A stretch of 64,000 nucleotides of DNA from Paraspadella gotoi (GCA_051294375.1 CM119266.1:3166030-3230029), one strand, 5' to 3'; numbered from the stretch's first letter, positions 36,263 to 52,360 are shown. Translations and numbers: made by a program. The notes: generated from the letters alone by a model not told the origin.

Positions 36263-36400
36263 GTGGGACACGAAAAAGTGCGACTCAAATTCTCGGAAAA
36301 CGAAACGCGTCGTCATGACGATGGAGAATTTCTCCGGAGTCTTCATCGTCCTCGTATTCTTCATCTTCCTCTCTTTCTCCTTCGTTTTGTTGAGGTTTTG
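36263..36400 (+). CDS. iGluR exon 10 (S2-M4 linker and M4); 3' end and C-terminal exons unresolved
   Basis: cgcag| acceptor, phase 2; WDTKKCDSNSRKTKRVVMTMENFSGVFIVLVFFIFLSFSF; the copy at 43550-43700 suggests ...FVFVEVL|gtgag, i.e. one T missing here. Confidence 0.88.
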
Positions 36401-37203
36401 GTGGAGGAAGACGGAAGGGAGGAGGAGGAAGAGGAGGGGGAAGAGAGGAAGGGTCGGAGGGGTGGAAGGAGGATGAAGGGGGAGGAGGAGAAGGAGGGAG
36501 GAATTGAGAGAGAAGAGGAAGAAGAGGAAAAGGAGGGAAGAATTGAGAGGGAGGAGGAAGAGGAGGAAGTGAGAGGAAGTGAAGGAAGTGGTGAAGGATT
36601 CTAAAAGATTTTACAAGAAAAGAATCGATATTTAAAATGAAAATTGTGACGTTAATATAAAGGTGTTCGTATACGAATTGACTTAATTGTAACCCATGAA
36701 TTTGACTGGCCGTAAATGAGTAATCAGTTTAGCTTTAATTGTTAAGAAACGAATTTTATCGGACTTAGAAAGGTGATGGTACCAACTTGGGTCAAAGTTG
36801 TTTGTCTTTTATTCTGAATCTCTGATTATATCGGATATTAAAATTTCGGTTCCCATCAATTCTGATTTAATCCGGTTCTATTTGATTTCATTGCTCCTGA
36901 GATTTTTCACAACGATTTTAATGAATACTTAACTGATGAATTTAAATTTATTCCTATAGATTATATTTTATTTTACACAATTATTGTTCTGAGGTATTGA
37001 ATTTAACATCAAAGGTTTTCGTCTAACTTCTTCGCTTTTTCACTTCAGGCGGCATCTTGTCCTTGTGCTGTCCTGTCCATGTTAGTAGATATTCTATGTT
37101 CTTATATTTTGAAGAAAAAAAATTTTTGTTCAATGCTAATCGTTCTAGACCATCTCTTTCTCATCTCTCTCTCTCTCTCTCTCTCTCGTCTCTCTCTCTC
37201 TCT

Positions 37204-37238
<35 letters not shown>

Positions 37239-38019
37239 AGATGTCACACTATTTGAGGAAAGTCATAAAAGGGTACCACATCTATTAATTTAGAACAGGG
37301 TGATCCAACGACACCAAACTTTCTAGTGTTCATGTAGTTTTTTTCCCTGTGAGATTGAAATCGTGATTTCTCACACTGGATTCTGATTTTTTGTGAATTC
37401 GTGAAGAGAAAAGTTTTTTTCCTTTTTCCTTTTTTCCTTTTTTCCTTTTTCTCTTCTTTTCTTTTTTTCTTTTTCCTCGGATATTAAATTCGGTTCGCCG
37501 AGACACAATAGCTTTGACATCCTCCCACTGTCGATCTGTCTATCTTGAGATTTTGTCTGTCTGTCTCTCTCTCTCTCTTTCTCTCTCTCTCTTTCAACCC
37601 AAGCATTCATTCATTCTTTTGCTCTGGAATTTAGACTGACCGAGTTTGACCGCTCGTGTCTGTGAGAGATTCACGCTTCGAAAACTTTCCATAGCGTCTT
37701 TCGTTGGTTCGTCGTCGTCGTCGTCGTCGTCGTCGTTATCGCGATCGTCGCTTTTCTCGTCAATGTTAGCGTCGTCGTCGTCGTCGTCATCCTCATCATC
37801 ATCGTCTTCATTGTCATTGTTGTCGTCGTCATCGTCGTCATTTATCGTCATCGTCGTCATCGTCGAAGGCAAACATTGTGATTTATGATGTTTTGATCTT
37901 CCAAAGACGAAAACCTTCGACAAAAAAAGCTTCTTTTTTCATTCCCCTCAGATTTTTTTAAGATCGAAATGAATCACGTGAAAATGTTTTCCTAAGAACG
38001 GCCCCACCCTCCGCCACTT

Positions 38020-40591
38020 CTCTCCCTCTCTCTCTCTATCCCCTTTATTTTCTTCTCCTTTCTCAATTGTCTCGGCTCTCTATAATCCTCTCATTTTTCT
38101 TTTCTTCCTCTCCCTCGCTTCTTCTCCGCTCCCTGTCTCCCTTCCATTCGCAGGTTACTTGGAGCAAAAAACTCGACTTCGATCTTGAGCGAAGAGAAAA
38201 CGAAATCCACCAGCAGTCCTTCCTCGCTGATTTGCCGCAAACACTTTGGTTTTGCGGCAGGATCCATACTGCAGCAAGGGACAGAGGTTATTCCCAGCTC
38301 CGCCGCAGGTTATGTCGACGGCAACAATCCTCATTTGCATATTTCAGCATCGGTGTAATTAAATGTTCTTGTGATGTGTTATTTTAAAGTGAGACAATTC
38401 GAAGTCGGGGTCAAACGTTCTTACTCTCTTGAAAATGCCCATTTCCCTTTTTTTTTTCGCGCTTCTCCCTCTCTATCTCTCCCTCTCCCTCTCTACTCCT
38501 CTAACCTTTATCTTGAAATTCTCTCTGCAGGCCGTTTCCTCTCGGCCGCTTGGCTGGTTCTTTGTCTAATCATTCGTCTCCTCGTTACACAGGCGAACCT
38601 AGCGCATGGCATTTCTCACCGTCTCCAAAACTTTCGGCGCCGATCTCTAATCTATGAGTAAGAAATATAAAGGAGCAATCCGAGAACATAAAAAAAATGT
38701 TAAAAAAAGTAAAAAAAACCCAATTTAGAACAGATATTATTTAAAAAAAGGGAAATACCAAGAGATATCAATATTATGGTATGTTTTCAAACATATAATT
38801 TCTTCCATTTTATTTATAATTTAGCCATAGATGATTCTGTGTAAGGTCTTGTAAGTCTTATGTCAACAGCGTGATGAATGTAAAAGAGGAACAATTTTCA
38901 TATGGTTGAGGGGATTTCCGATTAATGATAAAGAAATTATTTCCCTTTGAGAAAATAATATGTTTTTCCATAAATTATTTACTAGTTTCGGGGCATTTGT
39001 TCTAAGTTCATTCTCACCTCCAACCTTTCCATCCCCTTCAGCCCCTTTTCCAACAGGGACCCCCAACGGCGCTGACTTCATCGCCCTACGGTTGTCAAGA
39101 ATCTAAGCGATCCACCTGCGATTTTTTTCTCCGAAGTCGGAGATCCGAAGACTTCAAAGCAGGTAGGCGTGGCAACGGATGACCCAAAGTAGGCGTGGGA
39201 GATGAAGCGACAAATAAAAAAAAAAAAAAAAAAAAACAAAAGCACAACGGAGCATAAAAATCGAATGCGATTTTTACTAAGAAAACAAATTTTTGAGCAA
39301 ATAATGCGGGATCATCTGCCAACGATCATTAGCTTAAATCACTCAATTTCCAACCCACATAAAAAAAAATTCAAGTCAATTGCCCCACTTCTCCACTCCA
39401 TGAGTAATTGGCGTTCAAATAGCTGAAATTTGTGATTTTCTTTTTGGCATTTAAACTCATTTTCCACTGGCGATGATTCCTTCGAACTTCTTATTCCAGC
39501 TCAATACCACAGCTTCCCTACCACACACAAAATTTCATTTCCTATCCATCCATTCAACAGGAAGGTAAAATGATTTATTGCTAAAAGGGTGGACGGACGC
39601 GACAGACGGAATCAGACGGACGGTACACGGACATAAATTTTTTTGCAATATTTATCATGATTCGATGTTCTGACAGATACAAGTGAATCCTCAGACAAGG
39701 ATTTAGGGGGCGGACCGGTTCAAAGGGAATTATAGGCGTCGGATCTGCTGCCAAAAAATAAAGGAAGAAACTGTCAAAGGTGTCCCTTATCCTCAGTTAA
39801 AAGCCACGCTCACTATAGAAAAACGCGTCAACAATCCAAACCCATGAACTCTCTGGCTGTTAAGTACCGATTATATTTATAAAAATCTAATCGTGTTTTG
39901 CTGTATGATTTTTTACATTTTTAAATTTTCATAAGTTGAATTCATGGTATAAATTCTGATTAGGAAACCGAAGGTCTCACATCTTATTCTGAAAGGTTTA
40001 CAAAAAAAAACTATTAACCAATATCGATTCCTTTGCTTTTCATCGCTTTGAACCGGAGCTCCACAAGACCGAAGCGTCACAGAATTTCGCTATTTTCAAA
40101 ACGAATCCCCCGTTGGGTAATTTTCCTGCCTTCAAAACGAATCCCTTGTAATATATTCAGTCAGTCTTGGTAAGACGATGTTCGGCTTCAAGACCACTTT
40201 TCTTCCAACAACGAATGACACCTTCGGAGGCTGGCGAAAGATCGACAGGAAGGGAGGCTTCGCCATCACTGGACAGAATCAATCTGGAAGAGTACTTACA
40301 GCAGCAAGAACTGTATAGTTATTACCCTGGCCTGGGGGAAGCCCTGACGCAGGTTTATTGGAGAGGGAAGAGGGAGAGAGAGAGAGAGAGGAGACGAAGG
40401 ATGGGAGAAGAGAGACGAGGAGAGAGAGAGGATGAGAGAGAGAGGAGAGAGAGAGACCGAAACAGAAACAGGGCAAATACAGAAAAATGGTCAGGATCCA
40501 CGATCTGATCACTGATCTCTCTTTTGTCTCTCTTTCCTCTCTCCTCCTCCTTCTTTCTCCTTCCCTCCCTTCTCCTCTCTCTCTCTCTCTC

Positions 40592-40627
<36 letters not shown>

Positions 40628-43600
40628 CTCTCTCTACCTCTTCTCTCTCTCTCTTTTTCATCACGTATTATTCCAGTAACTCACTTCTTTCCCACTCCCC
40701 TGTTATTCCCTCTTACAGGATTTATTTTGCGGTGGTTTCCGATTTCCTACGAGAAAGAGGTCTGCGTGTGAACATCTCACGTCGGAGATTCTCAACATGG
40801 ACCAAATATGGGCAGATCAAAGCTTTTTAAAGCCGTCCGATGGTAAATATTTGTGACTCTCGTTTTTGACGTGAGGTTCACGAGTTATTCGCCGTGAGGG
40901 CGGGGGTGATATTTGAGCTTAGAAGGCTTGGCATTATGCGACGCCATATATACGCACATATAATAGCGGGGGATAGTTGATTATTATAATGAAAAGAGAT
41001 TTGAATATTATATTTAAAAACAAGAACAAACCTTTGGACTGGTCTGTTACAACCAAGGCTCTAGTAGTTTTTTGATTCGTTTACCGATTTGTTAACTTTT
41101 GGAATAACATTCGAATGTTATTGGTTTTCAAAAGAATTTTTAAAGCAGGAACCCGATCTTGGAGGCCTTTTTTTAAAAAAAGCCTCAAGAGGGCCGACCG
41201 TTGCTAACCAAGGATCGTGGTCGCTTTCGATCCCTGAGATAGATTTTCTGAGCGTCCATAAAATCAAAAATTACGTTTCTCGCCCGAAAAACTTTAGGTT
41301 TTTCTTCCGATTTTGAAAAAAAAAGTCTTCGAAATTCAAATTTTTTTTATTCTTTTGTCTCTTTTTTTTTGTTTGTTTTATTTGCATACTTGGGGTTTTT
41401 TTTTTTTTAACGCCGATCCGTCAAAGAGAAAGGACAGAGAGAGAGGACCAGAACAGACATGACAGAGGATAACAGACCGAAAAAAAAAAACGGTAAAATG
41501 AATCCAAATAAAATCCCCGATCGGTTTCCGGTAGATCAACATTTTCAACAATCAGCAACACACGTATAGCAGATACGTCGACCGCTTCAGCTCCCGGAAT
41601 TTAGATTTTTTCTTAAGACTTTTTTCGCATGAAACAGTACCGCCACTTACACTGCTGTTCTGCCTCCTATCACACCAAGTGCCGCAACTTTATCACAGTA
41701 TCACAGTTCTTTAGAACTCCGTTTTAGTTGAAACCGTCAAAACGGAAAAGTTGAAGAGGCTAAATCCGTGGGAGAGAAGACGAGCAGAGAGACGGAGAGA
41801 AGAGAGACAGATGAGAAGAGACGGAGAGGCGGGAGAGAGAAGAGAGAAGAGGTGCACTCGTAAGTTAAATTTAAGACATTTCTCACCTCTTGGAAATGTT
41901 CATTTCTCCTCTACTTACTCTTTTTCGTTACGAGCGATCGGCGAGAGCGATTTTAAGGCCCGATCGGCAGGTGGTGATCAAAATCCGCGGTTTTACGACC
42001 GATTTAAAAAAATCACAATCTCTCCTTTTCCTTTTGATTTTTTCGTCAGAAAGAAAAACAAAGTTGATCGCTGAAAATGAAGAGAGATGGTTTTGTATAG
42101 CAATATCATTGAGAGAGGAGGCTTGAGAAGTATAATAGGAGTGAGGTGTGATAATAATGGTCGTTGAATTGATGCGGATGATACAAGGAAGTGGGTGCCA
42201 GAAAGGAAAGAGTTGGTAAGTAGAGTGTTTAAAGAGTGATAGAAAAGAAAAAAAATGATGAGAAGAAAAGCGTCGATGAGAAGAAGACGATCGTTTAAGA
42301 GGGAAAGGAGAGAAGCAAGTGGTGGTAAGTCGGGGGAAAAGGCTAGAGTTAAAGTAAAGTAAGGTAATTGTAAAGCTTGAGCGTAAGTTTCGCGTTTACC
42401 AAAAGTTTGTAATGAGAGTGTAACATTAGTGAACACACTAGAGAATTTAATGTTTTATGACGTTATTATACAATTTTTAATCGGAATCTGCTTTATAAGC
42501 AGATCGCCAGACTCTATAATTCTTCACTTTGTCCGGTCCGTAGGTCCGCCCCCCCCCCCAATCTCTTTGTCGGAACTTACTTTAATTATGTCAGAAGAAA
42601 ATTTAATTATGAAAAATATCGCAAAAAAAAAAATAGTCCCCGTCGTCCATCTTCTGGCCTGTCCGTCGTCCCATCCGTCCGGTCCATTCCATTTGTCATG
42701 TCACCGTCCGTCGAACACTTAAGCAAAAAAATCTCTCCAACTTACTCATGTGATTGGAGGTTGGATTTGAATTTTAATTTTGTGTGTGTAGTTTTTGTAG
42801 TTAAGAAATGTGGTTGAATTGAGCTGGATAAAGTTTCGATGGAATCGAGGAGTGGAAATGGAATGCTATGAAGTCAAGTGACTTGAATTTTTATAATTTA
42901 TCCTACTCGGTAAAAGATTTTAATAATTAATATTCGATTAATTAATTGATTAAAGAGGGAGAAAAAGATTGCAATTTGTTAAAAATGATGCGTTTTTGTA
43001 CAGTTCGTTATTAATCCCTTGCATAAATTTAACATGTAATTGGCGCAAACAACCATTGGTTTGGTATGGTATGGTACGATCTCTGTTCTGATCAGTAAGG
43101 ACACAAATTGAAAAGAAGAATTATCGGATTAATCTGAAATAGCTGATTACACCCGCATTATCTCGTAGGCAGATCCGACAATTTTTTCAACTTGTTTTTT
43201 CAAAGTAGTTCTCATTCAATTGAAGAAATTTTCGCCTCAAACCTTTTTCTATTTCTATCACATTTTCAGGTTATTTTCCCTTAACCGTTCTCCTACTAAT
43301 CTCCATCCAAAACCACACATTCCCCAAACAAACCACCTCCCCCTCTCGTCCCCCCCACACCCCACAACCCCAAACCACCCATTCCCACCACAAACCACCT
43401 CCCCCCTCTCGTCCCCCCCACAAACCACTACCCGGACCACCCATTCCCCACACAAACCACCCTCACCCCACAACCCGACAACCCATCCCCCACACAAACC
43501 ACTCCTCCCTCTCGTCCCCACCACACCCCACAACCCGACCACGCAAGGTACACGGGAAAAAGTGGCACTCAAATTCTCGGGGGAAAACAAACGCGTCGCA

Positions 43601-44463
43601 TGACGATGGAGAAGTGTTCTCGGAATCTTCATCGTCCTTTCGTATTCTTCAATCTTTCCTCTCTCTTTTTCTCCTTCGTTTTTGTTGAGGTTTTGGTGAG
43701 GAAGACGCCGGAAGGGAGGAGGAGGGAAAAGGGGGAAGAGATGAAAGGGTCGGAGGTTGGAGGAAGGAATGAGAGGTGGAGCGAGGAAAAAAGGAGGGGA
43801 GGAAATTGAGGAGGAGAGGAAAGAAAAGAGGGAGAGAGGGAAGGGTCGGATAAGGGGGTGGAAGGAGGAATTGAAAGGGGAGGAGGAGGAGAAGGGAAGG
43901 AGGAATTGAGAGAGAGGAGGAAGAATAAAGAAGAGGAAAAGAGCGGGAAGAATATTAAGAGGGAGGCGAGGAAGCAGGAGGAAGTCTGTGAGAGGAAGTG
44001 AAAGGATTCTAAAAGATAAAAAGAAAAGAATCGAATTATTAAAGAAAATTGTGACTGTTAATATAAGGTTCTATACGGAATTGACTTATTGTAACCCATG
44101 AATTTGACTCTAAATAGCGTAAATGAGTAATCATTTAGCTTTAATGTTTAAGAACGAATTTATCGGACTTAAAAGTGATGTAACCACTTGGGTCAAAGTT
44201 GTTTGTCTTTATTCTGAATCTCTGATTATATCGGATATTTAAAATTCCGTTTCCAATTCAATTCGATTTATCCGGTCTAATTTGGCATTTCATCCTCCCT
44301 GAGATTTTCACACGATTTAATGAATACTTAACGATGAATTTAATTATTCCTATAGATTATATTTTATTTTACACCAATTATTGTTCTGAGTTATGTTGAT
44401 ATTTAACATCAAAGGGTTTTTTCGTCTAATTTTCTTCGCACTTTTCACTTCAGGCCGGCATCT
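38020..44463 (+). repeat. Indel-riddled direct duplicate of about 29665-34446 plus 36230-37055 (iGluR exons 5-10); probably an uncorrected long read or haplotig
   Basis: Colinear with the first copy, including introns; differences are mostly 1-2 nt insertions; it spans the N gaps at 31292, 33075 and 34447. Confidence 0.9.
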
Positions 44464-47029
44464 CTGGCTTCCTATTTAGTATGTTATATTATTAATAGTA
44501 AGCGCTATTAAAATAGGAATTGTACTCTCATTCCTTAATGGGTGGCAACCGCTGCGCTCAAAGGCCCTAGTTTCCGATTAGTGGCCATTATATAGGTTGC
44601 TGCATAAGTAGAGGTAGCATATTGTTGATAGGTGATCAAACCAAACAATAAATTGCTTAAGTGTTATTTTTCATTTTCTATACTGAAAGGAAAATTTTTC
44701 TAAGAGTTGTTAAATGCAGATCCATTTAGAAATATTTACTTTAACATCTTATCTTTACTATTCCTGTATTTTCATATTAACGCTTTGCCAGTATTTAACA
44801 AAAACTATTTTAACTTTCGTGAGAGTTAATAAAAAGCCATTTTAAGATGCTGTAAAAATTTTTTTGTGCTTCTTAAGTTCACACGTGTAGTGGCTAACAA
44901 TAAAATGGAAATTTTTTATATGTTTTCTACTCTCTTCTGAGCTTATGGAGTGGCATAATCAAAACAACTAATTGTACTTGAGACTTTCTCTGCTTAGTAT
45001 ATCTTAAATATCCAAAGTGATTAAACTCGCTCTCCTTCTCAACTGTCTCTTACTGCCAGTGTGCCATCACCATGAAATTTAAATACTTCCTTATTTTTTC
45101 TGCTATTCGTTCGTGCTACGAAAATCTCCACATGCTCGCATGTCTCTTATTACTTGTTCTGGAGATTCCATTTCTTGACATGTATAAAGTACTCTATTAT
45201 ACCTCTTTCGGTGCTTGTTCTCTATTGCCATATGCTCCTCTCTGTGCTTACCAAAGGGATTGGCACCCTTGTTGACTTAATTTTGGTACAGAGCTAAAAA
45301 GATCAAAAATAAAGTATTTTCAGCTAAGACAAAGGGCAAACATGTTCATTTTTGACCAAATGAGTTTTTCCGCTGAGTGAATTATCCCTTCTACATCTCA
45401 CCACTCTATTTAACTTGTCAGGTAATAGTACTAAGTTAGGGACAGCTATGGGTGAAAGAGGGTGACCCATGGATGATGGTTAACCAAATACTATCCCAAT
45501 GGTCCAACTAGACGGACCTAAACCCAGAGAGATCTCCGAGCTGATAGACACTCAATCTTTCACGAAGCGTTTTTCTTTAGGTGTTCATTGTAGTGGTGTT
45601 GTAATATCTCGCTTCTGATCTAGAGTGTCTGAAATCGTGGTAGTGAAGTTTCTCTCCACTCACCATATAAGACCAGTTCAATCAATAAATCTAATATTCC
45701 TATTATATAATTTTTTTATAATATCGGATCTGAATGGATATTATTCTCGGTGGAAAGAAGACTACAACTAGAAAAAAAATAAAGTGGTGAGTGGTTATGA
45801 GCACTTTAATTACCGATTGATAAAAAATATGCACGCGATTAAGTGATCCTTCGAGAATTTTACATGACTAATTACTGAGATAACGTTATAAACACATTAA
45901 TTATTATTATAATTAGAACTTTTCATTGTAGCTTTTTTCTCCCTTTCTTTGACTTTTTTAAATTTGTTAGTATCTATAGGCCAATAATGAAAAAACTTAG
46001 TCTATATCAAGCTTTATCCATGGATGATTATTTGGATGTATGCGTTATCCATGAAGCTCATGACACGGTAATTATCAAGAATAGAGTAAAACAATAGATT
46101 GGTTTTAGCAAATACACATATATATCGGATAGTACCTCATCTATCTCGACTCAGAGCTTAAGTAGCAATTCAGCGATGCTCCCGAGTTAAAGAGTAACAA
46201 TTATCGCATTCAATACTAGTTTTTGTGTGTAAATATTAGTATTTTTAATTATATACTGTAAATTATAGGAAATATATATTCGATTTGAATCGGCTTAACC
46301 GTTTAATTAAGTTTCTGTCGTGCTTTCATACTGCTGCTTCTATAATCTCGTCCTTATCTCTCTCATAATAAATATCTCTAACCCGAAGCATGTTCATACT
46401 CTCGACATAATACTTATAATACTCTCTGGGGATATTTATAAGGTTCCACCTGGTTTAGTGAGCGCGGCGCCGCATTGGACAGCTGGCAGGAGCCGTTACG
46501 GGTAGATGGGAGCGAGATGTCGTTAATATGCGCTTTTATCTTTTATTGTATCTGTAATGATGCTCCGTTCTAGGCTGATGAGGGTCGCGTGTTTGGAAGC
46601 TCATTGGCCTTAAGAAAGGCAGCAGGTTACAATTCTCACTCGTGAAACTCGGGCGCACAAGCCACACCATTTAATAGAGAGAACTCTGGTAAACTTTTCC
46701 ATTTTGCCGAATAACATAAACTATAATCGTATTAATATCGTATCTCATTCGAAGAAAATCTGTTCTTATATGATCAATCTCATTTCATTCTCCAATAAAA
46801 GAGTATACATCTGTGGTCTTCTCCTTCCTCTCTTATTTATTACTCTCACCCAAGTTCCACCAGCGTGTCTGTCTCACATCTTTGTTGGCAACTTTCCCAT
46901 CTCTCCTCTCTCTTACTCACGATGCTCTATAAAGGGACTTCGTGTACCATAGGCCGCATATACATGTTCTCCCGTTTATATTAACACTTTGGTTTGTTGT
47001 CAAAAAAAGTACTTTGTGTCTTTATCTTT

Positions 47030-47732
47030 AAATCAGAATCAATAATAATTATAATAACAAACGAATCTTGTAAGGTCTTAGGTTCTTATCGAAATTTTAT
47101 TGTCGAGGGTTTTCTTGTGCGTGGAGCCTTCACTGGCAGAGGTATTCTATTATTTAGCTCAAACTCAAAACCGTGGCGGATACCCGGATCCGTTTAGCCT
47201 TAGGTGGACCTTCCATTTGTTATTGGTTCAATAGGTCTGTCATAACACACAACAATTCATACTGGTTCTTCATTGGTGATGGGACCTCCGATCGAACACA
47301 ACCGCAACAAACAACACTTTCAGGCGACATGCCTCGACCTTGGCGATGCACTCTTCCGCCCACAACACATCAGGCTACATGCCTCAACTTGGTTGACAAA
47401 CTTTTCACCAACCTAACAACACAATTACTTGAAAGCGCAAATGATTCGTCACTCCCTTTATACGGGTTTCGAGGGGGGAGATGTATGGTAGACTAAAATC
47501 CACCAACCGTTCATCAGTCTCCCATTGGTGCCTCGGACGAGCAATGCAAACCCAAGAGGTTCGGGGTTCGTAAGAGGCCCCCAGGGTGCGCCCCTAGACA
47601 GTTAAAGAGGGAGGGACGGGGCGACTTTACACTGACCCCTGTAAACGGTGTTACAGCCTGATCCGAAGCTCTAGGGACTGCTAGTATTGAACGGTTCTGT
47701 CACTAACACACAAAATCATTACTGTCTCTTCA
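47030..47732 (+). mobile_element. Second full TRIM-like copy (noisy 5' LTR ending 47272, internal region, 3' LTR 47482-47732)
   Basis: ...cttca|ttggtgatggga PBS-like; internal region matches the reverse complement of 6056-6242; gaggggggaga PPT, then TGTATGG...CTCTTCA; left boundary approximate. Confidence 0.75.
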
Positions 47733-48777
47733 AATAGTGATTAAGTTCCCGTCGGATTAAGCTGCAAATAAACGGGAAACTGGAAATTTGATGGATTTTT
47801 CTCTTATTGAAGATCTCATTGGATAAGATAGCATTTCTCTTATGTAAAACAGAATCGGAGTAATTAATGGAATTGATTTGACTATTTACTCTCAAAACGT
47901 TTTAATCTAGTTGTATTGAAATATAGAATAATTTTATATATTTCTGGTTTGATTATTAAAACTGATACCCTGACCAAAACGACCCACTCAAGGGACAAAA
48001 AAAAAGTCCAAATATCTCAGAATTTAGAAAACAAATTTCTCAAGCGAGTTTTATTATATAAAATTGCTTGTTTTCAATATTTACATTTGAGTAGTGAATC
48101 TAAACCAATCAATAGCATATTTTAAAGAAGAAATAGAAAATATACTTTAATCGAATAATATAAAAACAAAATTTTACTTTATAGTGAGTTGCTAAAGATT
48201 AGTTTCATATTAGCGTAATTTTTTAAATGGTCCGTGTTTCTCTATCTCACATAAACTAAGAAATGATAGTGTGTGATTTAATACCAGAAGATAGAAAGAC
48301 TAATTTGAATTTACATTTGTGTTTGTCGCGTTGACCGTCATGGAGACCAAGTATAGAATCTAGACATTAATAACTATTTCTAATATGAGATGGTGTCAAA
48401 ATGTTTGTCCCCTAAGAACGGCCCCCCCACCTCCCCACCGCCCCCTCTTCTCACCCGCCCCCAACCCCCCACCGCCCCGGCCCCCCCCTTTCGCCCGCAT
48501 TGAATGAGGCAAACGTGGTAAGTTCTTTCAATCGACCCCGCGTTTGACTCCGGACCTTCCCTACCAACCTTCTTCCTCAACCCAAATGAAGAGCTCNNNN
48601 NNNNNNNNNNNNNNNNNNNNNCTTCCCCACCGCCCCCTCTTCTCACCGCCCCCAACCTCCCCAGCCCGCCCCCTTTCGCCCGCATGATGAGGCAAACGTG
48701 GTAAGTTCTTTCAATCGACCCCGCGTTTTGACCTCGCGACCCTACCAACCTTTTTCCTCAACCCAAATGAAGCTCTT

Positions 48778-50489
<1,712 letters not shown>

Positions 50490-50766
50490 TTATGACCCAC
50501 TTTTATATCAGTTCGGTTAATGAATTGATAAAACGTTTGACCCTTACAACTTTTACTCTTAAATGTACTATAGTTGTTCATTCACATAAAAAATAATAAT
50601 CGCGTCCCTCTTAGCTATACGTATTGTTGTCACTAAATTTTATTTTTAGGCGCCAAAGTGACTAAGTGAATTTGCCTGAAATGACGCTGGAAGACACGAG
50701 ACCACAATAATGTGAAGAAAGAGAAAGAAAGAGAGAGAGAGAAGAGAGAAGAGAGAGAAGGAGGAG

Positions 50767-50801
<35 letters not shown>

Positions 50802-50826
50802 AAAAAGAGAGAGAGAGAGGAGGAAG

Positions 50827-50859
<33 letters not shown>

Positions 50860-51234
50860 AGGAAGAAGAAAGAGAGAGTGAGAGAAGAACCTACCTCGGA
50901 GAAAGGCGCTCAAAAACCCAAAAGGTTCTTTTTTAAGTATTGATCAGGGATTGACTTTAAAATGTAGGTTTACAAGGAAAAGAAAATGCGAACATCAGCC
51001 GACAAACAAAGAAAGAATGAGTCGTGAGACAAACGATTAAAATTTTTGTGTCAAAATGTTACATTCGTAGTTCGTCAAAGATTCAGAACAGAGAAAGGAA
51101 ATGAGATTCGGTCAAGCGATATTTTTAGATGAAAATTAATACAGGATTCTTGTCTCAAGCGGAAATTAAGTGACGAACGGTTAATATATAAATGGTTTTA
51201 GGTATTAGGTTTTTTTCATGGACGACCCTTCAGG

Positions 51235-52360
51235 CTTCACGCTGCTTTTTTCCATTCACAATTTCACTGCTCCTTTTTTCCATTCACAGTCACCGCTGTT
51301 TTTCCTTCACATTTCACTGCTGTTTTTTCCATTCACAGTTTCACCGCTGCTTTTTTCCATTCACAGTTCACCGCTGCTTTTTTTAATTCACAGGTTTCAC
51401 CGCTGCTTTTTCCATTCACAGTTCACTGCTGTTTTTTCTATTCACAAGTCACCCGTGTTTTTTCCATTCACAGTTTCATGCGTTTTTTTCCATTCACAGT
51501 TTCACCGCTGCTTTTTTCCCATTCACAGTTTCACTGTGCTTTTTCATCACAGTTTCACTGCTGGTTTTTTCCATTCACAGTTTCACCGCTGCTTTTCCAT
51601 TCACAGTTTCATCTGGTTTTTTCCATTCACAGTTTCACTGCTGGTTTTTCCATTCACCATTTCACTGCTGATTTTTCCATTCACAGTTCATGTGTTTTTC
51701 CATTCACAGTTTCACCCGTTTTTTTCCATTCACAGTTTACTGCTGGGTTTTCCATCACAGTTTCACCGCTGCTTTTCCATTCACAGGTTCACTGCTGGTC
51801 TATTCCTACCGCTACTTTTTCCATTACAGTTTCACCGCTGCTTTTTTCCATTCACAGTTTCACTGGTGTTTTTTTCCATTCACGTTTTCACCGCCTTTTT
51901 TCCATTCCAGTTCATGCTGGTTTTCCATTTCACAGTTCACCGCTGCTTTTCCATTCACATTTTCCACGCGGTTTTCCATTCACAGTTTCACCGCTGTTTT
52001 TTCCATTCCACAGTTTCACCGCTGCTTTTTTCCATTCACAGTTCACTGTGGTTTTCATTCACAGTTTCACTGCTGGTTTTTTCCATTCACAGTTTCACCG
52101 CTGCTTTTTTCATTCACAGTTTTACCGCTGCTTTTTCATTCACAGTTTCCCCGCTGCTTTTTTCCATTCACAGTTTCACGGCTGCTTTTTTTCTTTACAG
52201 TTTCACCGCTCTTTATTTCCCATTCACAGTTTCACCGCTGCTTTTTTCCATTCACAGTTTCACCGCTGCTTTTTTTTCCATTCACAGTTTCACCGCTGTT
52301 TTTTCCATTCACAGTTCACCGCTGTTTTTTTCCATTCACAGTTTCATCCTGGTTTTCCTT
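51235..52360. repeat. Minisatellite array of about 26 bp (TTTTCCATTCACAGTTTCACCGCTGC)
   Basis: About 40 degenerate tandem copies; explains the three overlapping F/H/S-rich ORFs. Confidence 0.95.

Noticed and set aside
37594-37923. Asp-rich protein on the minus strand
   Set aside because: Translation of a trinucleotide repeat with no supporting gene structure
38150-43700. Genuine second iGluR paralogue
   Set aside because: Introns and exons are equally affected by small indels with few substitutions, which fits read error better
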